Below are positions 1-8,600 of a DNA stretch of 64,000 nucleotides, piece by piece. The DNA lies in NCBI GenBank assembly GCA_964512095.1, contig CAZEIH010000004.1, positions 34,919 to 98,918 on the forward strand, read 5' to 3'. The notes under the pieces are model-generated. The model was not told the origin of the DNA, ran no database searches, and saw only the letters and a list, made by a program, of their open reading frames with translations. A program made the position numbers and the translations under genes. Source of the stretch: an uncultured Oscillospiraceae bacterium. GTDB taxonomy: Bacteria > Bacillota > Clostridia > Acetivibrionales > DTU013. The stretch's first letter is position 1, and the number at the start of each line of letters is the position of its first letter.

Positions 1-666
1 GACAAGACTCGCAAAATGATGAAATCCGGTGATAAGAAATATATATCAGAGCTTGAATTATATGATAGGATAAAAACATCCCTTGAAAGCGGCATCCCAG
101 TGAGAGCTATGGACTTCGCTTCTGACGAAGTCGCTCTAGTTGATCAGCTGTTTCTACTTACTTCAAAGCCTGTACTTTATGCTGCCAATGTTTCTGAGAA
201 TGATCTCCAAGAATCAAAGAACCCCTTTCTTGAAGAGCTAAAGCTAATCGCTAAAAAAGAGGGCTCTGAAGTACTAGTCATTTGCGCAAAAATCGAAGAG
301 GAAATAAGCCAGCTAGACAATGATGAAAAGTTCATGTTCCTTGAGGAGCTAGGACTTTGTGAATCAGGTCTCAACAGGCTGGTAAAGGCCAGCTACAAGC
401 TACTCGGTCTAATGAGTTTTCTTACTGCAGGTCAGCCCGAAGTAAGAGCATGGACAATTGTCAGAGGCACAAAAGCACCTCAGGCTGCAGGCAAGATTCA
501 TAGTGATTTTGAAAGAGGCTTTATCCGAGCTGAAATAGTAGCCTACAACGAGCTGATGAAATGTGGTTCCTATGCAGCGGCACGAGAAAAAGGCCTTGTG
601 CGTTCAGAAGGGAAGGAGTATATAATGAATGATGGAGATGTAACTCTTTTCAGATTCAATGTGTAA
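1..666 (+). CDS. ychF: Ribosome-binding ATPase YchF, C-terminal part (5' end outside window)
   Basis: The frame is open from nt 1 with no stop before the listed ATG at 16. The sequence matches the YchF/OLA1-type C-terminal half, ending ...GKEYIMNDGDVTLFRFNV. Confidence 0.85.
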   Translation, partial: DKTRKMMKSGDKKYISELELYDRIKTSLESGIPVRAMDFASDEVALVDQLFLLTSKPVLYAANVSENDLQESKNPFLEELKLIAKKEGSEVLVICAKIEEEISQLDNDEKFMFLEELGLCESGLNRLVKASYKLLGLMSFLTAGQPEVRAWTIVRGTKAPQAAGKIHSDFERGFIRAEIVAYNELMKCGSYAAAREKGLVRSEGKEYIMNDGDVTLFRFNV

Positions 667-712
667 CCAAACACCTAAAGCAAAAAAGAAACCAAAGTTA
701 GAAAGCCTTCAG

Positions 713-1159
713 TTATTCTGAAAGCTCTCTAACTTCCGCTTTGCTAAGTATCCTTTCCAGGTCTACTATAGATATTATCGTATCCCCCTTTTTTGCGACC
801 TTTCGCAAATAAGCCTCTGTCTCTTTGTTCATTACAGGCGGGGTCGTGCTTACATCCTCTTGAGGGAATTTAGCGATTTCAGTAACATCGCTGACAATGA
901 AACCTGCATACTTGTCACCTATTCTAGTCACAAGTATCTTAGTCTTTTTTGTAACATCAATCTCACCTAAATCAAATCTACTAGCTAGATTAATCACTGG
1001 AAGAACCGAATCCCTATAGCTAAGAATCCCATCAATAAAACTAGGCATTTTGGGCATTTTTTGAGGTACATTGTATTTTATAATCTGAAAAACCTGGGAT
1101 GTTTCTGCTCCGAACAACTGACCCTTCAGGTCAAATATGACTACCTGCAGCTCACTCAT
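713..1159 (-). CDS. cheW: CheW-like chemotaxis coupling protein (single CheW domain)
   Basis: CheW-domain pattern VVIFDLKGQLFGAETSQV...FIDGILSYRDSVLPVINL. A GGAGGT RBS lies about 7 nt before the ATG at 1159, so the ORF-track start at 1186 is less likely. Confidence 0.8.
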   Translation of the reverse strand: MSELQVVIFDLKGQLFGAETSQVFQIIKYNVPQKMPKMPSFIDGILSYRDSVLPVINLASRFDLGEIDVTKKTKILVTRIGDKYAGFIVSDVTEIAKFPQEDVSTTPPVMNKETEAYLRKVAKKGDTIISIVDLERILSKAEVRELSE

Positions 1160-1328
1160 ATGCTTACCTCCGTATGACAAATCCATATAGTGTATTCCTA
1201 TTTGATAATTAATAAATCACTTGCAATGAATCCATGAATATGTAGCATGTTAAAATAGATGCGGTAGCATTCATGAACAATATATATTATATCATAGAAG
1301 TTCGACAAAATGATACATAAACACCTCC

Positions 1329-1357
1329 TTGACAAGGCAGCGTTACCATGTTACCAT
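1329..1357 (+). promoter_or_regulatory. Candidate sigma-A promoter for the T-box leader (TTGACA-17-TACCAT)
   Basis: TTGACA sits at 1329-1334, followed by a 17-nt spacer and TACCAT at 1352-1357, just upstream of T-box stem I. This is a hand match only. Confidence 0.4.
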
Positions 1358-1374
1358 TAAATAAATTTTATCAT

Positions 1375-1629
1375 CAAAGGCTATGACAAGGGAAAGTAAA
1401 TCAGGCAATGCTTGGTGATAGCGAATCGGGGATGGTGAAAGCCCGATCCAGTATTCTGGTCGAAGTTCCCCTTTGAGCCGCAGGCTGAAATTTCAGTAGG
1501 CTGTGCCGGATTCCGCCGTTACAGGGAAAAACGTATGATTGTACGTTGTTTAAGAGGGTCTATTGACCAATTTGAGTGGTACCGCGAGAGAATAACTCTT
1601 CGTCTCATAATAGAGATGGAGAGTTTTTT
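1375..1629 (+). promoter_or_regulatory. T-box riboswitch leader (tRNA-sensing transcription attenuator) upstream of DAHP synthase
   Basis: K-turn/GA motif (cuAUGAc ... uuuGAGcc); AGUA S-turn element; distal GGUGAAAGCCC loop. A conserved T-box sequence uuugaGUGGUACCGCGagag lies at 1571-1590, followed by a terminator hairpin and U-run. Confidence 0.85.
1596..1629 (+). terminator. Intrinsic terminator of the T-box leader
   Basis: The 11-bp stem ctcttcgtctc / gagatggagag includes two G-U pairs. It has a 6-nt loop (ataata) and is followed by TTTTTTGTTT. Confidence 0.8.
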
Positions 1630-1668
1630 GTTTATAAAAATCAAACTAATGCTGGGAGGGCTTGTATT

Positions 1669-2682
1669 ATGATTATAGTAATGAACAAAAATGCAACTAA
1701 ACACGACATCGACAATGTTGAAAAGAAGCTTATGGACCTAGGTTTCAAAACACATCCGATAATAGGAGAAATTAAAACTGTCATTGGAGCTATCGGTGAC
1801 AAGCGTATGCTGAATACCATCAACATCACTACCATGCCTGGCGTAGAAAGTCTGGTACCAATCATGAAACCGTTTAAACTGGCCGGCAGGGAGCTAAAGC
1901 ATAATCCCACTGTCGTAGAGGTTGGCGATGTTCGTATCGGCGGAACTGAAATAGTTGTTATTAGTGGTCCTTGTGCTATTGAAAGTGAAGAATCCTTTAT
2001 TGAAACTGCCAAAAGCGTCAAAGCTACAGGAGCAAATGTTCTAAGAGGCGGAGCCTTCAAACCTCGATCTTCTCCATATTCCTTCCAAGGTCTTGAAGAG
2101 GATGGTTTGAAAATAATGGCTAAAGCTCGGGAAATAACCGGCATGAAAGTGGTAACAGAGGTGGTGGATACAAGGGACGTAGAGATGGTCGCCTCTTATG
2201 TCGACATGATTCAGATTGGTGCAAGAAACATGCAAAACTTTAGACTTCTACATGAGGTAGGCCTTACATCCAAACCTATATTGCTCAAAAGGGGCCTTGC
2301 AGCCACTATCGAAGAATGGCTAATGGCAGCCGAGTACATTATGGATGCAGGAAATGAAAATATCATCCTGTGTGAAAGGGGGATCCGGACATATGAAACT
2401 ACAACAAGAAACACAATAGACATGAGTGCCATACCTGTAGTGAAAGATTTGTCACATCTTCCAATAATAGTTGACCCTAGCCATGCTACAGGCAACTGGA
2501 AATATGTCACTGCTTTATCCAAGGGTGCAATAGCTACCGGAGCTGATGGTTTGATAGTTGAAGTTCACATGGACCCAACAAACGCATTGAGTGATGGTCC
2601 TCAATCTCTTAGACCTGAGAAGTTCTCTCAGCTTATGGATGAACTTAAGCCTGTGGCTTTGGCTGTTGGAAGAAGTATGTGA
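1669..2682 (+). CDS. aroF: 3-deoxy-7-phosphoheptulonate (DAHP) synthase, type I-beta, with N-terminal ferredoxin-like regulatory domain
   Basis: The KDO8P/DAHP synthase I-beta core (GPCAIESEE..., LRGGAFKPRSSPYSFQGL, VDPSH) is preceded by a ~65-aa regulatory domain as in the Thermotoga enzyme. A GGGAGGG RBS lies 8 nt before the ATG at 1669. The ORF-track start at 1576 lies inside the T-box terminator. Confidence 0.9.
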   Translation: MIIVMNKNATKHDIDNVEKKLMDLGFKTHPIIGEIKTVIGAIGDKRMLNTINITTMPGVESLVPIMKPFKLAGRELKHNPTVVEVGDVRIGGTEIVVISGPCAIESEESFIETAKSVKATGANVLRGGAFKPRSSPYSFQGLEEDGLKIMAKAREITGMKVVTEVVDTRDVEMVASYVDMIQIGARNMQNFRLLHEVGLTSKPILLKRGLAATIEEWLMAAEYIMDAGNENIILCERGIRTYETTTRNTIDMSAIPVVKDLSHLPIIVDPSHATGNWKYVTALSKGAIATGADGLIVEVHMDPTNALSDGPQSLRPEKFSQLMDELKPVALAVGRSM

Positions 2683-2718
2683 CATGAAATTTCAAATCTG
2701 GAGAGAAATGCATCACAG

Positions 2719-3858
2719 CTAAAGTGAATTATCAGTATTAGTCATTGCATCAGCTTCCTTTTGTATTTCCTCTCTGGACATATCCATCTCATCATAGCAT
2801 ACTACTATGTTTTTGCCGATTTCTTTAGCGTGATAAAGCGCTTCATCTGCCTTCTCAATAACCTCTCTAATATCACTTGAATGGGTAGGATACTGGGCGA
2901 TACCACAGCTTGCAGTGACCTTATGTCCCTCAAGCTGTTGCCCATGATGTATGTCCAGCTTTTCCAGCTGCCTTCTTATCCTGTCGCCAACGCTTTTGGC
3001 AATGATTATATCTAAGTCCCTGATTAGTATTAAGAACTCTTCCCCACCGTATCGTATCGGAATATCACATTTTCTGATACACTGCCTTATTATATCGGAG
3101 AATAGTCTAAGGAGCTTGTCCCCCGAAATATGCCCATATGTATCGTTGAAGACCTTAAAATTATCCAAATCAAATATAAGTACATTGAGGGCAGTGCTGC
3201 AGCTTTTAGCATATTCCGCCTCCTCCCTGACCTTTTGGTCTAAGTAGTGGCGGTTGGCAAGACCTGTGAGCTTGTCAGTGCGCGCAAGCTTAAACTCCTT
3301 CTTCCTTTGCTCGTCACATCTTTTAACATGGTTACTGATCCTGGTTATGGCAAAGGTAGTCATAAAAAATAGCAAAACCCTTATTATAAGCGTAGAATAA
3401 ATTATTCCACCTGAATTAAGCTTATTTGAGACAATACAAGCGCCAGAGTACAGAGCAGACAAAAATAATGTCAACTTATAATTATTCACCATATCATTGT
3501 TAATTCCATAAAGACAAAGCAACAGAAAATAGAAGATATACAAATCCGATTGGATACCACCAGAGAAAAAAGCGACAAGAGTTAGAGCAATCATATCGAT
3601 ATAAACAATAAAGCTGTTGTATTTCTTACCATTATTCAGGCTATATGCAGTAACTGCTCCATTGTAAATTGCCACTACAGCCAGTGACTCCAAAATAGCA
3701 TAGCCCATTATGCTAAAACCACTGCTTGTGATGGACAAAACGGCTGAAAATAGAAAGACGAGCCATCTGTAAATAAGCATAGTTATAATATTTTGACCAC
3801 CGATATAGTTGTTTTTTCTGGGTCCTTTAATTTCAATCACAGTAGATTTCTGGTCCAA
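2719..3858 (-). CDS. Membrane-anchored diguanylate cyclase (multi-TM N-terminus + GGDEF domain)
   Basis: The C-terminal GGDEF domain carries RYGGEEF with an I-site RKCD five residues upstream. The N-terminal ~180 aa are hydrophobic. The start is uncertain (TTG at 3858). Confidence 0.85.
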   Translation of the reverse strand: MDQKSTVIEIKGPRKNNYIGGQNIITMLIYRWLVFLFSAVLSITSSGFSIMGYAILESLAVVAIYNGAVTAYSLNNGKKYNSFIVYIDMIALTLVAFFSGGIQSDLYIFYFLLLCLYGINNDMVNNYKLTLFLSALYSGACIVSNKLNSGGIIYSTLIIRVLLFFMTTFAITRISNHVKRCDEQRKKEFKLARTDKLTGLANRHYLDQKVREEAEYAKSCSTALNVLIFDLDNFKVFNDTYGHISGDKLLRLFSDIIRQCIRKCDIPIRYGGEEFLILIRDLDIIIAKSVGDRIRRQLEKLDIHHGQQLEGHKVTASCGIAQYPTHSSDIREVIEKADEALYHAKEIGKNIVVCYDEMDMSREEIQKEADAMTNTDNSL

Positions 3859-3883
3859 TCACCATCACCCTGTCACTTTGTAT

Positions 3884-4219
3884 CTAAAACTCTACAGTTT
3901 CGCTCATTAACTTATCTCCAACTCTAAATACTTTATAATAGCTGGTCTTACCGGGTTCTGAAGCCACCTTATCTGTCTTAATAAAAACATCAACGCTTTT
4001 TTTTACATCAACAAGAATCCTATCAAAAATATCAGTTTGCATTAGTCTTATAATGGAATCGATATATTTTAATGGATAATTGTTAGATTTATCCTCAATT
4101 ATTACCGGTAGCTTGTTCCTATTATCAGGGCTCAGCACCTTAATACGTATACAGCCTGGTTCTATAACGTTGTCTGTAGGATAGAGCATATCCTTCTCAA
4201 AAAGTATGTCAAAATTCAT
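3884..4219 (-). CDS. Hypothetical protein (111 aa), no recognisable domain
   Basis: A GGGAGG RBS lies ~6 nt upstream of the ATG. The ORF is co-directional with the GGDEF gene and sits 25 nt upstream of it. I recognise no motif. Confidence 0.55.
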   Translation of the reverse strand: MNFDILFEKDMLYPTDNVIEPGCIRIKVLSPDNRNKLPVIIEDKSNNYPLKYIDSIIRLMQTDIFDRILVDVKKSVDVFIKTDKVASEPGKTSYYKVFRVGDKLMSETVEF

Positions 4220-4269
4220 GCCAAGCCTCCCAAATTCGCAAATAGTTTCTCACATACTATAAAGTACCA

Positions 4270-4860
4270 TTAAAATTCGTTTTCGTAAAGCTTTTTATAT
4301 ATTATGTAACCATTTTTTACTTTATCTACGTATTTTTTTGTTTCTGTAAAAGGAATATCATCAAGGGCCTTCCCATCAGAGCTAAGCTTGTCATTAGCCA
4401 GCCACTTTGATACATTTCCGCTACCTGCATTATAAGCAGCAAGAACAAGGTCTGTGTCGCCGAACTCCTTGTACAGCGTAGATAGGTACCAGCATCCAAT
4501 ATGAATATTAGTCTCAGGCTCAAAGAGCATTTCTGTGGAATACCCAGTTATCCCAATCTTCTCGGCACCCCATTTGCCTGTTCCTTCTGTTATCTGCATT
4601 AAGCCTCTTGCACTTTTATGTGACACGGCATTGCGCCTAAAGCTGCTTTCAGCCCTAATGACAGCAAGAACAAGAAATGGGTCCAGATTGTACCTTCCTG
4701 AGTACTCTGCAACCAACTTCTCATATCTTAAGGGATACATTGACCTGCCAGCATTGTATAGTGCAAATATCGTTAAAATAAGTATTACACAAATCAAAAA
4801 TACAGTAATAAATCTTTTCTTATTATTACTCTTCAAATAAACCCACCCTATCGCAGCCAT
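4270..4860 (-). CDS. Lytic transglycosylase (SLT domain) with N-terminal membrane anchor
   Basis: SLT motifs AESSFRRNAVSHKSARGLMQI and AAYNAG, with an N-terminal TM helix. It overlaps the coaE stop by 13 nt. Confidence 0.85.
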   Translation of the reverse strand: MAAIGWVYLKSNNKKRFITVFLICVILILTIFALYNAGRSMYPLRYEKLVAEYSGRYNLDPFLVLAVIRAESSFRRNAVSHKSARGLMQITEGTGKWGAEKIGITGYSTEMLFEPETNIHIGCWYLSTLYKEFGDTDLVLAAYNAGSGNVSKWLANDKLSSDGKALDDIPFTETKKYVDKVKNGYIIYKKLYENEF

Positions 4861-5465
4861 TGCTGTTTTTTGCCAAGAAATAACTTAACAACGGCCTGCT
4901 CCAGCTCTTCAATACATTCATTGTTATTAAGTACCTCATCTGCTATTTTGAGATATTCATCATCTCTTAGCTGAGAATCTATTCTGCTGCATATTTCCTC
5001 ATATGTAAATCCGCTTCTTTCCATAACTCGCTTTATTCGAGTCTCTCTTTCGGCAGTAACGACCCAAATCTCATCGACCAGGTCAAGAAAACCCTTTGCT
5101 ACAGGAATCGGGGCATCTATTACTACCACATCCCATTTCCCTGTGTTCTTAAGTGTCTCCACTGTATCATAAAGCTTTTGCGCCACATATTTATGTGTGA
5201 TATCATTTAGCTTATCAAGCTTGACTTTATCCGTGAATACAATTTGTGCTAGCTTACTTCTGTCAATCTCACCACTATCGCCTACTATACCCTTGCCGAA
5301 GTAATCCACCAGTTCATCATAAGCCTTGCCTGAGCTGGATGTTACACTCCTTGCAATAACATCAGCATCGACAACAGCTGCTCCAAGGTCTCTTAACGCC
5401 CTTGAAACTGTGCTTTTACCACTGCCGATACCACCTGTCACACCAATTATTTCCAACACAACCAT
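4848..5465 (-). CDS. coaE: Dephospho-CoA kinase
   Basis: P-loop GVTGGIGSGKST; the length and the position downstream of polA are typical. Confidence 0.9.
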   Translation of the reverse strand: MVVLEIIGVTGGIGSGKSTVSRALRDLGAAVVDADVIARSVTSSSGKAYDELVDYFGKGIVGDSGEIDRSKLAQIVFTDKVKLDKLNDITHKYVAQKLYDTVETLKNTGKWDVVVIDAPIPVAKGFLDLVDEIWVVTAERETRIKRVMERSGFTYEEICSRIDSQLRDDEYLKIADEVLNNNECIEELEQAVVKLFLGKKQQWLR

Positions 5466-5487
5466 CCTTTCCAGCCAATACTATTTA

Positions 5488-8178
5488 TTATTTAGTCTCA
5501 TACCAGCTGGATCCTGTTTTGACCTCAGCAATCAATGGAACTTCAAGAGCTGTCGCGTTTTCCATACACTCTTGAAGTAATTTTTCAACCTGTTCCTTCT
5601 CACTCTTATGAGTTTCTATTATCAGTTCATCGTGGACCTGAAGTATGAGCCTTGATATCATTTTACGTTCAGTCAACTCCCTGTATACCCTTACCATGGC
5701 GATTTTTATAATATCCGCCGCACTTCCTTGTATAGGCATATTCATCGCCACTCTCTCACCAAAGGAGCGCATATTAAAGTTGGACGACTTAAGCTCTGGA
5801 AGGTATCTCCTCCTTTTGAACATAGTCTCAACAAAGCCATCCCTTTTCCCTTTTTCCACAGTAGTGTGCATATATTCCCTAACACCAGGATACTTTTCAA
5901 GATAATCGTCAATGTATTTGCGAGCCTCTTTTCTTGTAATACCCAGGTCCCTTCCAAGGCTAAAATCTCCTATGCCATACACTATGCCAAAATTGACTGC
6001 CTTTGCCCGGGAACGCATCGTCGACGAAACCTGTTCCAATGGCATATTAAAGACTTTAGAGGCTGTAGCCGTATGTATGTCCATATTATTTCGGAAGGCT
6101 GTCCTCATGGTTTCATCACCGGTTATATGAGCTAGCACTCTCAGCTCTATCTGTGAATAATCCGCATCAGAAAGCATGTATTCATCATTTTCGGGTATAA
6201 ACACCTTCCTTATCTCTCTGCCCATTTCAAGCCTTACAGGTATATTCTGCAAGTTAGGCTCTGTACTGCTTATCCTACCTGTCGCAGTAACTGTCTGGTT
6301 AAAGCTAGAATGTATCCGACCCGTGTCAGGATTCACTAAATGGAGCAGGCCCTCTGCATACGTTGATTTCAGCTTCACAAGCTGCCTGTACTCAAGAATA
6401 CTAGAAACGATATCATTCTGCTCTGCCAATTGCTCCAATACCTCTGCATTAGTAGAATAACCTGTCTTTGTCTTTTTCAATACAGGCAGACCGAGCTTTT
6501 CAAACAGGATTGTCCCTAGCTGCTTTGGCGAGTTAATGTTAAATTCCTCTCCGGCCACCTGATATATCCTGTTAGTAGTGTCAGAAATCCCTTCATCCAG
6601 TGCTGCAGAAAATTGCACTAGGCCTTCTTTGTTGACCTTGAAGCCTCTATACTCCATATCCGCTAGTATTTGAACCAAGGGAATTTCAATCTCATCGCAA
6701 AGCTCCTGCTGCCCATTATCTGAAATTTTTTCTCTAATAACCGCCGCCAATTCCATTACGGATCTGCTATGCAGTACAGTCGCTGGAGCTAACTTATCCA
6801 CGGCTATTTGAGAAAATGGTGTAAAGCTTCTGCCCTTCCCACACAATTCATCAATGGATGCAATTCTACTATCAAGGTAGAGCTGTGAAAGCTCTGCCAC
6901 TGTATAAGTTGCCCTTGAAGGATCCAATAAATATGCTCCAATCATTGTATCAAAACTAAGTCCGGCAAACTCCATTCCCTTCCACTTAAGGTATACGATA
7001 AAGCTCTTAATATCATGACCAATCTTTTTTATGGAGCTGTCGGATAAAACCGGCCCAAAAATCTTTAGAAATTGGTCCAAGCTAATTCCGTCATTAATAC
7101 TCACATAAGCGTTTTGGTCTGCCCATGACAGTGCTACACCCGCCAATCCCACATCAAAGAGACTTATACGATCTAGCAGGTGAAATATCGCCAACTCCTC
7201 TGCCTTTGATACTGAAGCCACAATAGAAGCAAGGGTAATCGGATCCGTAACTGTAACAAATTTAGGTGTCGCAGTCTCAACTACTGAAGAGGTGCTTTGG
7301 TCATCGAGTCCAAATCTTTTAATTAAGCTTTTAAATTCAAGCCTTTTAAATAGCTCATAAAGCTTCTCCTTGTCACTTTCCTTTCTCTTTAGTTCTTCCA
7401 GCTGGCATAACGTTGGCATATTCCTTTCTATAGTCGACAGTTGCTTACTAATAAAGGCCAGTTCCCGATTTGCCAAAAGCTTTTCCCTTACTCCCTTTTT
7501 CTCCACCCTATCAATGTTATCATAAACAGCTTCGATGCTGCCGAAGGTCTGTATAAGCCCAATTGCAGTCTTTTCGCCCACACCGGGTACACCGGGTATA
7601 TTGTCTGATTTGTCACCCATTAAGCCCTTTACATCAATAAACTCATGTGGTGTGACACCATATTTCTCAAAGACACCTGTAGAATCATACTCCTCAGTTT
7701 CAGTCCTTCCTGCCTTTGTTACCGGTATCAAAATCCTTACGTTTTCTGAAGCAAGCTGCATAGAATCCCTGTCACCTGTAACGACTACCACCTGCATCCC
7801 CTGGTTCTCAGCACATTTTGAAACCGAACCAATTATATCGTCAGCCTCGAAGCCTTCCATTTCAAGTCGTTTGATATTCATCGCATCAAGGACCTCTTTC
7901 ATATAAGGAAATTGCTCTGCAAGCTCAGGCGGCATTCCCTTCCTTGTTGCCTTGTAATCCTTGTACTCCAAATGCCTGAATGTAGGAGCCCTTAGATCGA
8001 ACGCCACGCAAAGGTAGTTTGGGTTTTCCTCTGTCAGAAATTTGTTCAATATATTGAGGAAGCCGTATATCGCATTTGTATGCAATCCATCAGAAGCACT
8101 CATAAGCTGTCGCCCCTGAAGTCCATAAAATGCCCTGTTGAGTATACTGTTTCCGTCAATTATCATAAGTTTTTTCAT
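5488..8178 (-). CDS. polA: DNA polymerase I
   Basis: At 896 aa it has a 5'-nuclease N-terminus (GDKSDNIPGVPGVGEKTA) and family A polymerase motifs (DYSQIELRVLAH, QVHDEL). Confidence 0.97.
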   Translation of the reverse strand: MKKLMIIDGNSILNRAFYGLQGRQLMSASDGLHTNAIYGFLNILNKFLTEENPNYLCVAFDLRAPTFRHLEYKDYKATRKGMPPELAEQFPYMKEVLDAMNIKRLEMEGFEADDIIGSVSKCAENQGMQVVVVTGDRDSMQLASENVRILIPVTKAGRTETEEYDSTGVFEKYGVTPHEFIDVKGLMGDKSDNIPGVPGVGEKTAIGLIQTFGSIEAVYDNIDRVEKKGVREKLLANRELAFISKQLSTIERNMPTLCQLEELKRKESDKEKLYELFKRLEFKSLIKRFGLDDQSTSSVVETATPKFVTVTDPITLASIVASVSKAEELAIFHLLDRISLFDVGLAGVALSWADQNAYVSINDGISLDQFLKIFGPVLSDSSIKKIGHDIKSFIVYLKWKGMEFAGLSFDTMIGAYLLDPSRATYTVAELSQLYLDSRIASIDELCGKGRSFTPFSQIAVDKLAPATVLHSRSVMELAAVIREKISDNGQQELCDEIEIPLVQILADMEYRGFKVNKEGLVQFSAALDEGISDTTNRIYQVAGEEFNINSPKQLGTILFEKLGLPVLKKTKTGYSTNAEVLEQLAEQNDIVSSILEYRQLVKLKSTYAEGLLHLVNPDTGRIHSSFNQTVTATGRISSTEPNLQNIPVRLEMGREIRKVFIPENDEYMLSDADYSQIELRVLAHITGDETMRTAFRNNMDIHTATASKVFNMPLEQVSSTMRSRAKAVNFGIVYGIGDFSLGRDLGITRKEARKYIDDYLEKYPGVREYMHTTVEKGKRDGFVETMFKRRRYLPELKSSNFNMRSFGERVAMNMPIQGSAADIIKIAMVRVYRELTERKMISRLILQVHDELIIETHKSEKEQVEKLLQECMENATALEVPLIAEVKTGSSWYETK

Positions 8179-8342
8179 TCGGGAACCCTCTTTCTACAAA
8201 GCTAATACTATTTTTGACATAGCATATGATTATTTTTCATCCAATATATTCTACACAAAAAAACATCTGCCGTAAAGCAAGTTCAACAATCAAAAAACAA
8301 CATCCTTCTACTGCTGCCTCTGTGTCACCCCTTTTCATCATT

Positions 8343-8404
8343 TTATCTATGTCTTCACTCAATGCCGATCCATAGCAGTCAGCGTCTTCTGAAGACATAA
8401 ATAA
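8343..8404. repeat. Inverted pair of the repeat-end motif (ttatctatgtcttca / tgaagacataaataa)
   Basis: The arms at 8343-8357 and 8390-8404 are reverse complements at 14 of 15 positions. The same motif ends the 128-bp repeat at 8557-8571 and at 45542-45556. Confidence 0.6.
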
Positions 8405-8444
8405 AAAACCGGCATAGCCGGTCAAACTCAAACCACGCTATGCC

Positions 8445-8572
8445 GATAGTCAATTCGCTTCGCTCAGAGAGTCAGGTGGAGACTGAACATCACCTGACCA
8501 AGAAAGTTAATTAATTTGTCTTCATTCATCGCCGACCTATAAAGGTCAGCGTCTTCTGAATACACAGATAAA
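8445..8572 (+). repeat. Interspersed ~128-bp structured repeat, copy A
   Basis: Aligns by eye to the reverse complement of 45541-45668 at about 110 of 128 positions, including a ~38-nt perfect core. It contains hairpins gtcaggtg...cacctgac and cgccgacct-ataa-aggtcagcg. Confidence 0.85.
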
Positions 8573-8600
8573 ATCCCTAAGACTGGCTTTTATCAAAACA

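Noticed and set aside
1576-1668. ORF-track N-terminal extension of the DAHP synthase (start at 1576)
   Set aside because: The extension runs through the T-box antiterminator/terminator and its U-run. A strong RBS and the family-typical N-terminus support the ATG at 1669.
8237-8431. 64-aa minus-strand ORF between polA and the anti-sigma gene
   Set aside because: It overlaps the repeat-end motifs and inverted repeats, with no RBS or homology. It is better explained as part of the repeat region.
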